64,000 bases of DNA from an uncultured Actinomycetes bacterium (GTDB lineage: Bacteria > Actinomycetota > Thermoleophilia > UBA2241): contig CAVWIH010000020.1 of NCBI GenBank assembly GCA_963755025.1, positions 32,001-96,000 on the forward strand, in the 5' to 3' direction. Positions 31,676 to 41,827 of this stretch are shown in pieces; the stretch's first letter is position 1, and every line of letters starts with the position of its first letter. The notes beneath the pieces are model-generated. The model was not told the DNA's origin. It worked only from the letters and a program-made list of their open reading frames with translations, and made no database searches. The translations under genes and the position numbers were made by a program.

Positions 31676-32362
31676 ATGTACGAGCAACGGGCTGACAGAC
31701 CCGTAGAGCACGACCGCCCGTCGGGCTCGCCGACTCTTATGGACGCGGCCAACCTGCCTCGTTCGGGCATGGTGCCGAGCTGGATCACAAGGATCAGCTG
31801 GGGCAGCGTCTTCGCGGCCACGTTCGTAGTGGTGGCGCTTCAGTTCGCCCTCACCGCCCTGAGCATCTGGGGCAACTTCGGGTTCGGCAAGCTCACGAGC
31901 ATCGGCTCGGTCACCGGTTCGGCGACGACCATCGCCGTCTGGACGGGCATCTGGGCGGCTATCGCGCTGTTCATCGGCGGCCTTGTGGTCGCTGCGCTCT
32001 CCAACTCGAGAAGCGTCTCCGACGGCGTCATGCACGCCCTCGTGACCTGGGGCGTGAGCGTCGCCTCGATGACCATTCTGAGCGCCATCGGCGTCGCCGG
32101 GCTGCTCGGCTTTGGCCTGAACAGCGGTGCGGCGGTAAGGACGGCCATCGGCCTGCCGTCGACGGCTTTGAGCCCGCTCACCAGCGCGAGCGCGGCCACC
32201 GGCACGTACGCCGGCTACTACCTGCTGTTCAGCGGCGTCGGCCTGATCACCGCGGTGATCGGCGGCGTCGGTGTGGCGGGCGCCATGCGCCGGCGGCGCA
32301 TCACGCAGGTGCCCTCGTCGGTGACCACCCGCGAGGAGACCGAGGTGCGCCGGGCCGCCTGA
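31676..32362 (+). CDS. Hypothetical membrane protein (RISWGSVFA family)
   Basis: 4 TM segments, HALVTWG motif; GGAGG RBS. Confidence 0.7.
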   Translation: MYEQRADRPVEHDRPSGSPTLMDAANLPRSGMVPSWITRISWGSVFAATFVVVALQFALTALSIWGNFGFGKLTSIGSVTGSATTIAVWTGIWAAIALFIGGLVVAALSNSRSVSDGVMHALVTWGVSVASMTILSAIGVAGLLGFGLNSGAAVRTAIGLPSTALSPLTSASAATGTYAGYYLLFSGVGLITAVIGGVGVAGAMRRRRITQVPSSVTTREETEVRRAA

Positions 32363-32650
32363 CGGCCTGACGACCGAGGTGCGCCGGGCCGCGTCCGCGG
32401 TCCGCGGGCGGGCGCCGGGGCCGCAAGGCCCCGGCGCCCGCCCTTTCGCACCGCGGTCGCGCGGCGCCCGTACGGCGGCCTGCGGAGCGTGCGGGCGTGT
32501 CGCTCGAGCGGCGGCGGCGGGCCACCCGCGGGTATACTCTCGGCAGCATCCGTACGCAGTTCCTTGGTGGCCGGAGACCCATGAAGACCTCGAGCGTGGC
32601 CGTCGGCGCAGGCCGCCAGGGGCTTCGTCTTTGAAGAACGGGGGGCGTCG

Positions 32651-34234
32651 ATGCCCATAGTCCCGCTGGCCGGTACGGCGCCGGCGGTCGAGCAGACGCT
32701 CGTCCTGCTGCTCATCATCGCCGCCACCGTCGCCGTGCTGGCGCGGCGCGTCGGTGTGCCCTACACCATAGGGCTCGTGCTCGTAGGCCTGGCCGTCGGC
32801 TTGGCCACGCACATCGACACCCTGCGCCTGTCGTCCGACCTGGTCTTCTACGTCTTCCTGCCGATCCTGCTGTTCGAGGCCTCGTTCAACCTCGAGGCGC
32901 AGCACCTGCGCGAGCAGTGGCGCCGCATCCTGGCGCTGGCGGTGCCCGGCGTGCTGGTCGCCTTCGCGCTCACCGCCCTCGGCGCGCACTACGTGGGCGG
33001 CCTCACCTGGTCGCTCGCCCTGCTGTTCGGGGCGCTCATCGCCGCCACCGACCCGGTGAGCGTGACGGCCCTGTTCCATCGCCTGGGCATCTCGGAACGG
33101 CTCACCACGCTGGTCGACGCCGAGAGCCTGTTCAACGACGGCGTGGCGGCCGTGATCTTTGCCGTCGTGCTCGCCGCGGTGGTCGACGGCCACAACGTCA
33201 CCGCCGGCTGGGCGATCGGCAAGTTCGCCTGGATGGCGCTCGGCGGCCTCGTCGTGGGGCTCGCCGTGGGCGCGGCCGCGTCGTTCGTGCACCGCAACCT
33301 CGACGACCACCTCATCGAGATCACCTTGTCGACGATCGTCGCCTACGGTTCGTTCCTGGCGGGTCAGGCGCTGGGCATGTCCGGCGTGGTCGCCTGCGTC
33401 ACCGCCGCCATCGTGCTCGGCAACCTCGGCCGGCGCCGTACCATGAGCCCGGTCACCCGGGTGACCATGGGCACCGTGTGGGAGTATGCGGCGTTCGTCG
33501 CCAACTCGCTGATCTTTCTGTTGATCGGGCTGAGCTTGCACCTCTCGCTGATCGGCGCCCACGTGGGCGTGGTGCTGATCGCCTTCGTCGTGGTCGTGGC
33601 GGCGCGGGCTGTGACGATCTACGGCTACGGGCTGGTCGCCCGGCCGTTCGGCGTCGGCCTGCCGCTGCGCTGGCAGCACGTGCTGGTGTGGGGGGGACTG
33701 CGCGGCACGATCGCCCTGGCCCTCGTGCTGAGCGTGCCGGCGAACGTGGCCGGACGGGCCACGCTGCAGGTGGTCACCTTCGGCGTCGTGCTGCTGTCGC
33801 TGGTCGGTCAGGGCCTGACCATGCCCTGGCTCACGCGCCGCCTTGGCCTGGAGCGCGAAGAGTCGGTACCCGGGCGCCGCCGTGAGGTCCTGCTCGACGG
33901 TTTTGTCAGCGCTCACGAAGAGCTCGACCGCCTGCAGGAGAGCGGCGCCCTGCCGCGCGCCGAGCGGCGCCATCTCGAGCGCACCATCGAAGAGCAGGAA
34001 GGTCTGCTGCTCGACGGCATGGCGCCGCTCGCCGAGGAACCCGGTAACGGCGACGACGAAGGGCTCGCCGAGCGCATCGGCGCCCTGGTGGCGCAGCGCC
34101 GCCGCATAGACGCGCTGCGCCACGCCGGCGCGCTCGCCGCGCCCAGCGCCGAAGAGCTGCTCACCGAGGTCGACCGGCGCATCGCCCTGCTCGGTGAGCG
34201 CCTCGCCTGCCAGCGCGACCCCGACCGCTGCTAG
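32651..34234 (+). CDS. CPA1-family Na+/H+ antiporter (NhaP-like)
   Basis: FLPILLFEAS, ATDPVSV, ESLFNDG, WGGLRGTIALAL, QGLT. Confidence 0.9.
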   Translation: MPIVPLAGTAPAVEQTLVLLLIIAATVAVLARRVGVPYTIGLVLVGLAVGLATHIDTLRLSSDLVFYVFLPILLFEASFNLEAQHLREQWRRILALAVPGVLVAFALTALGAHYVGGLTWSLALLFGALIAATDPVSVTALFHRLGISERLTTLVDAESLFNDGVAAVIFAVVLAAVVDGHNVTAGWAIGKFAWMALGGLVVGLAVGAAASFVHRNLDDHLIEITLSTIVAYGSFLAGQALGMSGVVACVTAAIVLGNLGRRRTMSPVTRVTMGTVWEYAAFVANSLIFLLIGLSLHLSLIGAHVGVVLIAFVVVVAARAVTIYGYGLVARPFGVGLPLRWQHVLVWGGLRGTIALALVLSVPANVAGRATLQVVTFGVVLLSLVGQGLTMPWLTRRLGLEREESVPGRRREVLLDGFVSAHEELDRLQESGALPRAERRHLERTIEEQEGLLLDGMAPLAEEPGNGDDEGLAERIGALVAQRRRIDALRHAGALAAPSAEELLTEVDRRIALLGERLACQRDPDRC

Positions 34235-35586
34235 CCGAGCCCCCGTGCGTCGGGCTCGAGGGCGACCTCGACGAGCACGCGGTGCGACTCGAAACGCTGA
34301 TCGACGGCCTCGCGGAGCAGGGTCTGGTGGCGCATGAGGACGGCGCGTCTGTCGTCGGGCACGATGTCCTTGAGCGCGTCGATCAACGAGGCGAGGCGCC
34401 TGGTGACCTGCGGCGAGCCGGCGCCGAACTCGGTGATCTCGGTGAGGGCGAGGTCGACGAGCTGGTCCCAGCTGCGTACCTGCATCATGAGGCGCACGGT
34501 GCCGTTACGGTCGGCGAACAGGCCGGTGGGCCAGTCGCGCGTCGACATCTGCCGCAGGAAGTCCTGAAGGCGGTCGAGCACCTGCACGGCCGTGGTCGGC
34601 GCGTTCACCGCCGGCGACAGCGCCTGCGCGGCGACGTCGACCAGGGCGCGCACGCCGTAGAAGGGGTCGCGGTAGACGGTGCGTTCCGGGCCTATGTCGA
34701 CCGTGCGCAGAAAGTCGTTGTCGGCGGGCAGGCTTGCGGGCCCGTCGGGCCCCGCAAAGAGCTCGAACAGCGGCTCGCCGCTGCCCACGTACTGGCCCAC
34801 CTGGGGCGTGAGGCGCGCCACGCAGTCGTGCTGGCGGGCGAGCCGCACGCAGGCGGCGATGTCGACGGCCTGCAGCATGCCCTGATCGAGGTGCACGCCC
34901 AGGGCGAGCGGCCCTGCGCGGTAGACGATGGTGCGGTCGGGCGCGCCCAGCACCGGCTCCGGCACCGCCGCGTAGCGCTCGGGTGGCGGGAACATCTGCT
35001 CGAGGGCGCGGCTCGTCTCGACGGCTACCGTGCTGATCGCGTAGGCGATGCGCATGCCGCGGATCGTCAGGGTGACGTAGGCGATGAACACGGCGATGCT
35101 GGCGATGGCGAGGGCCATGGCGACCACGACCGAGACCGTCGAGATGTCGGCGTGGCCGCGGCGCGAGAGCTCTTCGAGGTAGCCCAGGCTGAAGAGCGGA
35201 TAGATGAAGGTCGCGATGAAGGTGCCCAGGGCGACCTTGGTGGTCGTGGTGCGCACGTAGTTGCGCAGCACGCGCGGCGAGAACTGCTGGCTGGCGAGCT
35301 GCAGTGCGACGAGGCCGATCGAGAAGACCACGCCGAGGAAGGTGAGCATCGCGGTTGCCAAGGTCGAGAGCACGACGCCTGCGTCGCCGGCGCTCACGAT
35401 CCAGGGCGCGGTACCGGCCGTGACCGGCGGCAGGCTCTGGTCGATCTGGCGGGTGACGATCGACAGCAGCAGCGCCCCGACCAGGAACGCCGCCGGGATG
35501 AACCAGAAGTTGTTGTAGAAGCGCTCGCGGGGACGCACCAGGCTGAAGCGTCGCCCGTCCGCGACCACCTGCGCTCGACTAGCCAC
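34231..35586 (-). CDS. DUF2254-like predicted membrane protein
   Basis: LQLASQQFSPRVL, LGTFIATF, ALSPAVNAPTTA; GTG with AGGAGG RBS. Confidence 0.8.
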   Translation of the reverse strand: MASRAQVVADGRRFSLVRPRERFYNNFWFIPAAFLVGALLLSIVTRQIDQSLPPVTAGTAPWIVSAGDAGVVLSTLATAMLTFLGVVFSIGLVALQLASQQFSPRVLRNYVRTTTTKVALGTFIATFIYPLFSLGYLEELSRRGHADISTVSVVVAMALAIASIAVFIAYVTLTIRGMRIAYAISTVAVETSRALEQMFPPPERYAAVPEPVLGAPDRTIVYRAGPLALGVHLDQGMLQAVDIAACVRLARQHDCVARLTPQVGQYVGSGEPLFELFAGPDGPASLPADNDFLRTVDIGPERTVYRDPFYGVRALVDVAAQALSPAVNAPTTAVQVLDRLQDFLRQMSTRDWPTGLFADRNGTVRLMMQVRSWDQLVDLALTEITEFGAGSPQVTRRLASLIDALKDIVPDDRRAVLMRHQTLLREAVDQRFESHRVLVEVALEPDARGLG

Positions 35587-35658
35587 CGCCGCCTCCTTTT
35601 GCACCATCCGTTTGTGCGACTTGCGAACGCGCAGCCGGTCGTGTGTGCCCCGACGCAA

Positions 35659-35760
35659 ACGAAGGCGCCGGAACGTCTCTGGCGTTTCCGGCGCCTTCGT
35701 GCATGCGTAGCGCCGGTGCCGACCAGACTTCCCGGCGCTCCACTAGCCGTCGTTAGTCTA
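35659..35760 (-). promoter_or_regulatory. Riboswitch-like leader with terminator/antiterminator
   Basis: TAGACT -10 (35760-35755); AGCGCCGG-GAAGTCTGGTCGGCA-CCGGCGCT; 15-bp hairpin ACGAAGGCGCCGGAA/TTCCGGCGCCTTCGT. Confidence 0.5.
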
Positions 35761-35954
35761 TCCGAATCGCCACGGCTGCGGCCATTCCTGCGCTGCGCCG
35801 GCGACTCCCTCAATGGCCGCGCGCCGACGGCCGGGCGGGGCGCCGCGGCCGACGGGCGCCGCGGCCGCGACGGGCCGATGGATTGCGCCGGCAGCGCGTC
35901 GAGGGCTACGATTGGCGAGCACGACCCGAACGCAAGGCAGGGGAAGGGGGGACG

Positions 35955-36371
35955 ATGAGCCCGGTCGACGCCACCACCAACGTGGGCGCCGGTAACTGGA
36001 AGGGCCTGGGCATGTGGGCCTGGCTGCTCTTCCGCATCGCCGGCCTCGTCCTGGTCCTCTACCTGTTCGCCCACATCGTCGTCATCTCGAGCGCCCGCTG
36101 GGGTGGTCACTCCACCCTGAACAGCGCCTTCACCATGTTCGACCACCCCCTGTTCGTGCTGCTCGACCTACTGCTCGTGTGGGCGGTCCTGTTCCACGCC
36201 GTGAACGGCGTGCGCATCCTGCTCATGGACTTCGGCCTCGGCATCCACCGTCACAAGCTCGTCTTCGTGGCCTGCATGGCGATCGCCGTGATCAGCCTCT
36301 GCTTCTTTGCCTTCAAGGCCTTCTCGTACGTCGCGGCGCACCACGCCGGCGGCCTGGGAGGTCTCGTATGA
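35955..36371 (+). CDS. sdhC: Succinate dehydrogenase cytochrome b subunit
   Basis: GMWAWLLFRIAG, H..., HAVNGVRILLMD. Confidence 0.85.
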   Translation: MSPVDATTNVGAGNWKGLGMWAWLLFRIAGLVLVLYLFAHIVVISSARWGGHSTLNSAFTMFDHPLFVLLDLLLVWAVLFHAVNGVRILLMDFGLGIHRHKLVFVACMAIAVISLCFFAFKAFSYVAAHHAGGLGGLV

Positions 36372-36817
36372 CCGCGCAGGTCACGCAGACCCCGCCGCAG
36401 GCGCCGGCGGCGCCGGCGCCTGCGAGCGGCGCGCCAGCGCCCGCCGGCCGCATGCGCCGCGGCGTGATCGACGGCAGCAGGGGCGGCATGTGGGCCTGGC
36501 TGTTCCAGCGTGTCACCGCCGTGGTGCTCATCGTGGGGCTCATGACCCACCTGATCGCCACCCACATCCTGAACCTGGGCCACCTGAGCTTTCTGAACAT
36601 CAGCGCCCGCCTGGGCTCGAGCTTCTTCGTGGTCATCGACGTCAGCCTGCTGGCGGCGTCGATCTTTCACGGCCTGAACGGGGCGCGCATGGTGGTGCTC
36701 GACTACTGGCTGCAGTCGGTGGCCGCCCGCCGCACGCTGGCGATCGCGCTCTGGGTGTTCGGCTCGGCCACCTTCGTGTACGGCATGTGGGCGCTGTGGC
36801 CCTGGATCTCAAAGTGA
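36368..36817 (+). CDS. sdhD: Succinate dehydrogenase membrane anchor
   Basis: WLFQRVTA, FHGLNGARMVVLDY. Confidence 0.8.
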   Translation: MTAQVTQTPPQAPAAPAPASGAPAPAGRMRRGVIDGSRGGMWAWLFQRVTAVVLIVGLMTHLIATHILNLGHLSFLNISARLGSSFFVVIDVSLLAASIFHGLNGARMVVLDYWLQSVAARRTLAIALWVFGSATFVYGMWALWPWISK

Positions 36818-36827
36818 GGGGCCGGCC

Positions 36828-38534
36828 GTGATCAAACATCAGCTCGTTATCGTGGGCGGCGGTCTGGCCGGCCTGCGCGCCGCCGTCGAAGCCAAGGGCG
36901 CGGGCATCGACGTCGCCATACTCTCGCAGGTCCACCCCGGCCGCAGCCACTCGGGCGCGGCGCAGGGCGGCATCAACGCGGCCCTCGCCAATAACCCCGA
37001 GGGCCACGACGACACCCCGCAAAAGCACGCCTTCGACACCGTCAAGGGCTCCGACTACCTGGCCGACCAGGACGCCGTGCTGCAGATGACGAGCGACGCG
37101 CCCGACACGATCTTCGAGATGGAGCACTGGGGCTGCCCGTTCAGCCGCTACGACGACGGCCGCATCGCCCAGCGCCCGTTCGGCGGCGCCGGCTACCCGC
37201 GCACCTGCTACGGCGCCGACAAGACCGGCCACTACCTGCTGCACACGCTGGTCGAACAGGCCTACCGCCGCCAGGTCGCCATGTACATCGAACAGTTCGT
37301 GACCAGCCTGATCATGGTCGACGGCCAGTGCCGCGGCGTGGTCGCCTACGACATGATCCGAGGCGGCTTCGAAGCCTACGCCGCCGACGCCGTGATCATC
37401 GCTACGGGCGGCGCCGGGCGCACCTACTCGAACACCACCAACGCCATCATCTCGACCGGCTACGGCGCGGCCATGGCCTACCACGCCGGCGTGGCCCTCA
37501 AGGACATGGAGTTCGTGCAGTTCCACCCCACGGGCCTCTACACCACGAACATCCTCATGACCGAGGGCTGCCGCGGCGAGGGCGCCTACCTGGTCAACGA
37601 CCTGGGCGAGCGCTTCATGTCGCGCTACGCGCCCAAGGTCATGGAGCTCGCCCCGCGCGACATCACGGCGCGCTCCATCTGGACCGAGATCCTCGAAGGG
37701 CGCGGCATCGGCGGCAAAGACTTCGTCTACCTCGACCTGCGCCACCTGGGCGAGCAGAAGATCGCCGAGAGGCTGCCCGGCGTGCGCGACCTGTCGATCC
37801 ACTTCGAGGGCGTCGACCCCGTGCACGACCCGGTGCCGATCGTGCCCAGCCAGCACTACACGATGGGCGGCATCGACACCGACATGAACGGCCGCACCGC
37901 CGTACCCGGCCTCTACGCCGCCGGCGAGTGCGCCTGCGTGAGCGTGCATGGCGCCAACCGCCTGGGCGGCAACTCGCTGCTCGAGACGATCGTCTTCGGG
38001 CGGCGCGCCGGCAGGGCGGTGGTCGAGTACCTGGGCGGCGCCGACGGGCGCCCCGCGCCCGACGCCGGCGCCCACGAGGCGCTGGCGGCCGTGCAGGCGC
38101 GCGTCGACCGCCTGGCGCGCGCCGACGCGAGCGAAGACGCCTACGACATCCGCGCCGAGATGGTCGACACCATGAAGCTCAACTTCGGCATCTTCCGCGA
38201 GGCGCGCCAGATGCAGGAGGGCGTCGACAAGCTGCTCGCCCTCAAAGAGCGTCTGCCGCGCACAGGCCTGCGCCACGCCGGCGGCGCCTTCAACCTCGAC
38301 ATGATCCGCACGATCGAGCTCGAAGGCATGCTCGACGTGGCCATCGCCACGGCGGTCGGCGCCTTCAAGCGCACCGAGTCGCGCGGCTCGCACGCGCGCA
38401 CCGACTACCCCAACCGCGACGACGCGCGCTGGCTCGAGCACACCCTGGCGCTCTACCGGCCCGACGGTCCGCCCGAGCTGCAAAGCGCGCCGGTCGCCCT
38501 CGGCATGTTCGAACCACAGGAGCGCAAGTACTGA
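36828..38534 (+). CDS. sdhA: Succinate dehydrogenase/fumarate reductase flavoprotein
   Basis: GGGLAG, RSHSGAAQGG, QFHPTG, HYTMGG, HGANRLGGNSL, ESRGSH. Confidence 0.95.
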   Translation: MIKHQLVIVGGGLAGLRAAVEAKGAGIDVAILSQVHPGRSHSGAAQGGINAALANNPEGHDDTPQKHAFDTVKGSDYLADQDAVLQMTSDAPDTIFEMEHWGCPFSRYDDGRIAQRPFGGAGYPRTCYGADKTGHYLLHTLVEQAYRRQVAMYIEQFVTSLIMVDGQCRGVVAYDMIRGGFEAYAADAVIIATGGAGRTYSNTTNAIISTGYGAAMAYHAGVALKDMEFVQFHPTGLYTTNILMTEGCRGEGAYLVNDLGERFMSRYAPKVMELAPRDITARSIWTEILEGRGIGGKDFVYLDLRHLGEQKIAERLPGVRDLSIHFEGVDPVHDPVPIVPSQHYTMGGIDTDMNGRTAVPGLYAAGECACVSVHGANRLGGNSLLETIVFGRRAGRAVVEYLGGADGRPAPDAGAHEALAAVQARVDRLARADASEDAYDIRAEMVDTMKLNFGIFREARQMQEGVDKLLALKERLPRTGLRHAGGAFNLDMIRTIELEGMLDVAIATAVGAFKRTESRGSHARTDYPNRDDARWLEHTLALYRPDGPPELQSAPVALGMFEPQERKY

Positions 38535-39256
38535 TGAGCGAGGCTCGCTTTCGCATAAAGCGGTTCGACCCGGCCGGCGACGCGGCGCCGCACTTCGAGA
38601 CCTACGTGGTGCCCTACGAGAACAGCCTGACGGTGCTCGAGGGCCTCTTCTCGGTGCAGGAGCGCCAGGACGGCTCGCTGGCCTTTCGCTACTGCTGCCG
38701 CGCCGCGGTCTGCGGCTCGTGCGCCATGTACATCAACGGCCGCTACCGCCTGGCCTGCCAGACCAACGTCGCCCAGCTGCCCGCCGGCGACGTCACGATC
38801 GAGCCCATGCCGCACCTGCCGCTGGTCAAAGACCTCGTCTGCGACATGACCGACTTCTTCGCCAAGTACGAGTACATCAAGCCCTGGCTCATTCGCGACG
38901 AGGCCGACGACCCCGAGCGCGAGATCGCGCAGTCGCCCAAGGCGCGCCGCAAGCTCGACATGCCGATCGACTGCATCCTCTGCGGCTGCTGCTACAGCTC
39001 GTGCCCGTCGGTGTGGGGCGAAGAGAACTACCTGGGGCCGGCGGCCCTGCTCAAGGCCTACCGGTTCGAGGTCGACTCGCGCGACGACGCCCGCCGCGCC
39101 CGCCTGCCCGAGTTCGACAACGAGCGTGGCGTCTACCGCTGCCACACCATCACCAACTGCGTCGAGGCCTGCCCCAAGGAGCTTAACCCGACCGAGGGCA
39201 TCCAGTGGCTCAAGGGCGCGGCCGTGCGGCGGCGCCTGTTCGGGCGACGCAAGTAG
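38534..39256 (+). CDS. sdhB: Succinate dehydrogenase iron-sulfur subunit
   Basis: CRAAVCGSC, CILCGCCYSSCP, CHTITNCVEACP. Confidence 0.95.
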   Translation: MSEARFRIKRFDPAGDAAPHFETYVVPYENSLTVLEGLFSVQERQDGSLAFRYCCRAAVCGSCAMYINGRYRLACQTNVAQLPAGDVTIEPMPHLPLVKDLVCDMTDFFAKYEYIKPWLIRDEADDPEREIAQSPKARRKLDMPIDCILCGCCYSSCPSVWGEENYLGPAALLKAYRFEVDSRDDARRARLPEFDNERGVYRCHTITNCVEACPKELNPTEGIQWLKGAAVRRRLFGRRK

Positions 39257-39273
39257 CGAGCGCGGGGCGGCTG

Positions 39274-39813
39274 GTGAAGACGACCGTGGGCAAGACCGTG
39301 CTCGAAGTGGTCGCCGCGGACATCGCCGCGCTCGACGTCGCGGCCATCGCCAACGCCGCCAACAACGAGCTCTGGATGGGCGCCGGGGTGGCCGGCGCCA
39401 TCAAACGGGCCGGCGGCGTCGAGATCGAGCACGAAGCCATGCGCCAGGGCCCCATCGCGGTCGGCGAGGCCGTGGCCACCGCCGGCGGCACGCTGCGCGC
39501 GACCTGGGTCATCCACGCCGCCGTCATGGGGCACGACCTGCGCACCAGCGCCGACCTGATCGCCGGCGCCACGACGCGCACGCTCGAGGTCGCCGAGCGG
39601 CTGGGCGCGCGCTCGCTCGGGCTGCCGGCCTTCGGCACCGGGGTGGGCGGGTTTCCCATCTACTCCTGCGCCCAGATCATGGTCGAGCGCGTGCGCGCCT
39701 ACCTTGCCGAGCGACCGACCTGCCTGCGGCGCATCGTGTTCTGCGCCTACGACGAGGTCGGCGCCGCCGCCTTCAAACACGCCCTGAGCGGCGCCACGCG
39801 ACCCGACGCCTAG
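39274..39813 (+). CDS. Macro domain protein (ADP-ribose binding/hydrolase)
   Basis: DI, NAANNELWMGAGVAGAI, VIHAA, PAFGTGVGG. Confidence 0.9.
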   Translation: MKTTVGKTVLEVVAADIAALDVAAIANAANNELWMGAGVAGAIKRAGGVEIEHEAMRQGPIAVGEAVATAGGTLRATWVIHAAVMGHDLRTSADLIAGATTRTLEVAERLGARSLGLPAFGTGVGGFPIYSCAQIMVERVRAYLAERPTCLRRIVFCAYDEVGAAAFKHALSGATRPDA

Positions 39814-39920
39814 AGGCGCCGCCGCGCATCGCGGCGGGCGCGAGACCTTAGTCGCCGTAGCGGCGGCGGTGTGCGGCGGAGCTCATCGGGCGTCACGGCG
39901 GCGGTGCGCCGCGCGAGACC

Positions 39921-41012
39921 TCAGCCGCCGTAGCGGCGGCGGTGCGCGGCGATCAGCCCGGCCGGGCCGGTCATCATCATGTCGCCGTAGGGCGCCGGAA
40001 AGCGCACGGGCAGCGAGCTGCCGGCGAGCAGGTGGCGGTTGGGCCCGGTGACGAGCACGGGCAGGCCGGCGGGCACGCCGCCGCGCAGCTCGTCGGCCAG
40101 CGCGGCTCCGTGCCCGCCGGCCTGCCGCACCTCGTCGCCGGGCAGCTCGCCGGCCAGAAAGCGCCGCAGCAGCGTGTCGAGCAGGGGGCCGTCGAGCCGG
40201 TAGGTATGGTCTTCGTAGACGCCGGCCAGGCGGCCTTCGAGGGCGATCGCGCAGATCGTGTGGCCGTTGCCCACGTTGATCAGCACGGCGTCGGCACAGG
40301 CGCCGCCGGGCTCGTCGCCGAGGGCGCCCAGCAGGGCGGCGGGGCCGGTGTCGGCGGCCGTGACTCGCGGCAGAGCCGCGAGCTCGCCGGCCGCCGCCCG
40401 CAGCCGCGTGAACTCGGCCGGCACCTCGTCGGCGCCGCCGCCGGCCGCGTAGAACAGCTCGTCGAGCGGCGTGCGCACCGCCAGGGCGCGCTCCCAGAAG
40501 GCGAAGCGGAAGATGCGGTTGGAACCCTGCGGGTCGAAGCCGTGGTCCTGGGCGGCCACGCAGCCGCCGGCGAAGTCGGTCGGTACGCCGAAGCCGGCCA
40601 GCGCGCGCAGCAGCGCGGGCAGGTCGAGGTCGCCGGCGCGCACCAGGGTAGCACCGCCGCGCACGAGCCCCGCGACCTCGTCGTCCGAGACCAGCGTAAT
40701 GCCGCGGGAGGCCACATCCTTCAGGCTGTCGTCGAAGGTGAGAGCCGCCGTCGCGGTGGCGTAAAAGGCGTGGCCCGCGGCCAGGTGCGCGGTGGCGGCG
40801 CGCAAGGCCGAGCCGCCGCCCATGGTCGATCCGGCGAAGGCCACGGCAAGGCCGCGGCGCGTGGCGTCGCGGATCTGGGCGGAGGCGACCCGGGTGGCCG
40901 AGGGCACGACGAGCTTCACCGAGTTCTCGGGGCGCTCCTCGGGGGCGAAGACGAGGATGTCGGTGGTCCCCGTGCCCACGTCGAGGGCCAGCAGGCGGCC
41001 GGCGGCGGTCAT
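39921..41012 (-). CDS. DUF1786-like ASKHA-fold protein
   Basis: LDVGTGTTD, AQDHG, SNRIFRF, DTGPAA, NVGNGHT, EDHT, GGHG, GDMMMTG. Confidence 0.7.
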   Translation of the reverse strand: MTAAGRLLALDVGTGTTDILVFAPEERPENSVKLVVPSATRVASAQIRDATRRGLAVAFAGSTMGGGSALRAATAHLAAGHAFYATATAALTFDDSLKDVASRGITLVSDDEVAGLVRGGATLVRAGDLDLPALLRALAGFGVPTDFAGGCVAAQDHGFDPQGSNRIFRFAFWERALAVRTPLDELFYAAGGGADEVPAEFTRLRAAAGELAALPRVTAADTGPAALLGALGDEPGGACADAVLINVGNGHTICAIALEGRLAGVYEDHTYRLDGPLLDTLLRRFLAGELPGDEVRQAGGHGAALADELRGGVPAGLPVLVTGPNRHLLAGSSLPVRFPAPYGDMMMTGPAGLIAAHRRRYGG

Positions 41013-41101
41013 GGGCGGGCTGCGGTCATGGGCGGGCTGCGGTCATGATCGAGCGGCGGCGGTCACTTGAGCGGCTGCCGGCGGCGGTCACGGGCGAACC
41101 G

Positions 41102-41827
41102 TCAGGCGTGGCGCGCGCCGCGGTCGAGCCGCAGGCGCCAGACGCCGAGCATGGCCTCGACCACGATGTCGTTGGACATCTTCGACTCGCCGACCTGGCG
41201 GTCGACGAAGGTGATGGGCAGCTCGACGACCTTGAAGCCGAGCTTGTGTGCGCGATAGGTCATCTCGATCTGAAAGCCGTAGCCGCGGGCGTCGACGGCG
41301 TCCAGGTCGATCGCCTCGAGCACGTCGCGGCGGAAGCACTTGAAGCCGCCGGTGAGGTCGCGGTAGGGCAGGCCGAGGATGGTCTGGGCGTAGAGGCAGC
41401 CGCCGCGGCTGATGACGCGCCGCGACAGGGTCCAGTTCTCGACGCCGCCCCCGCGCACGTAACGCGAGCCGAGCACGACGTCGGCGCCCTGCTCGATGAG
41501 GCGCACGAAGTGGGGCAGGTAGCTGGCGTCGTGCGAGAGGTCGGCGTCCATCTCGAACAGCAGGTCGGCGCCGCCCGCCAGGGCGTGGCGAAAGCCGGCG
41601 ATGTAGGCCTTGCCGAGGCCCTCCTTGCCGGAACGGTGCAGCACCTCGACGTCGGGGTACTCGCCGGCGAGGCGGTCGGCGAGCTCGCCGGTGCCGTCGG
41701 GCGAGTTGTCGTCGACGATCAGCGTGTGGAGTGGCAGGTCGTTGCCGTCGGCGACCTCGCGGATGCGCTCGAGGGCGTGGCGCAGGTTGTCGCGCTCGTT
41801 GTAGGTGGGAAGCACGATGGTGTTCAT
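41102..41827 (-). CDS. Polyprenol-phosphate mannose synthase (GT2, Ppm1/DPM1-like)
   Basis: PTYNEREN-like, VDDNSPDGT, EMDADLSH, GSRY, DLTGGFK, GESKM. Confidence 0.9.
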   Translation of the reverse strand: MNTIVLPTYNERDNLRHALERIREVADGNDLPLHTLIVDDNSPDGTGELADRLAGEYPDVEVLHRSGKEGLGKAYIAGFRHALAGGADLLFEMDADLSHDASYLPHFVRLIEQGADVVLGSRYVRGGGVENWTLSRRVISRGGCLYAQTILGLPYRDLTGGFKCFRRDVLEAIDLDAVDARGYGFQIEMTYRAHKLGFKVVELPITFVDRQVGESKMSNDIVVEAMLGVWRLRLDRGARHA

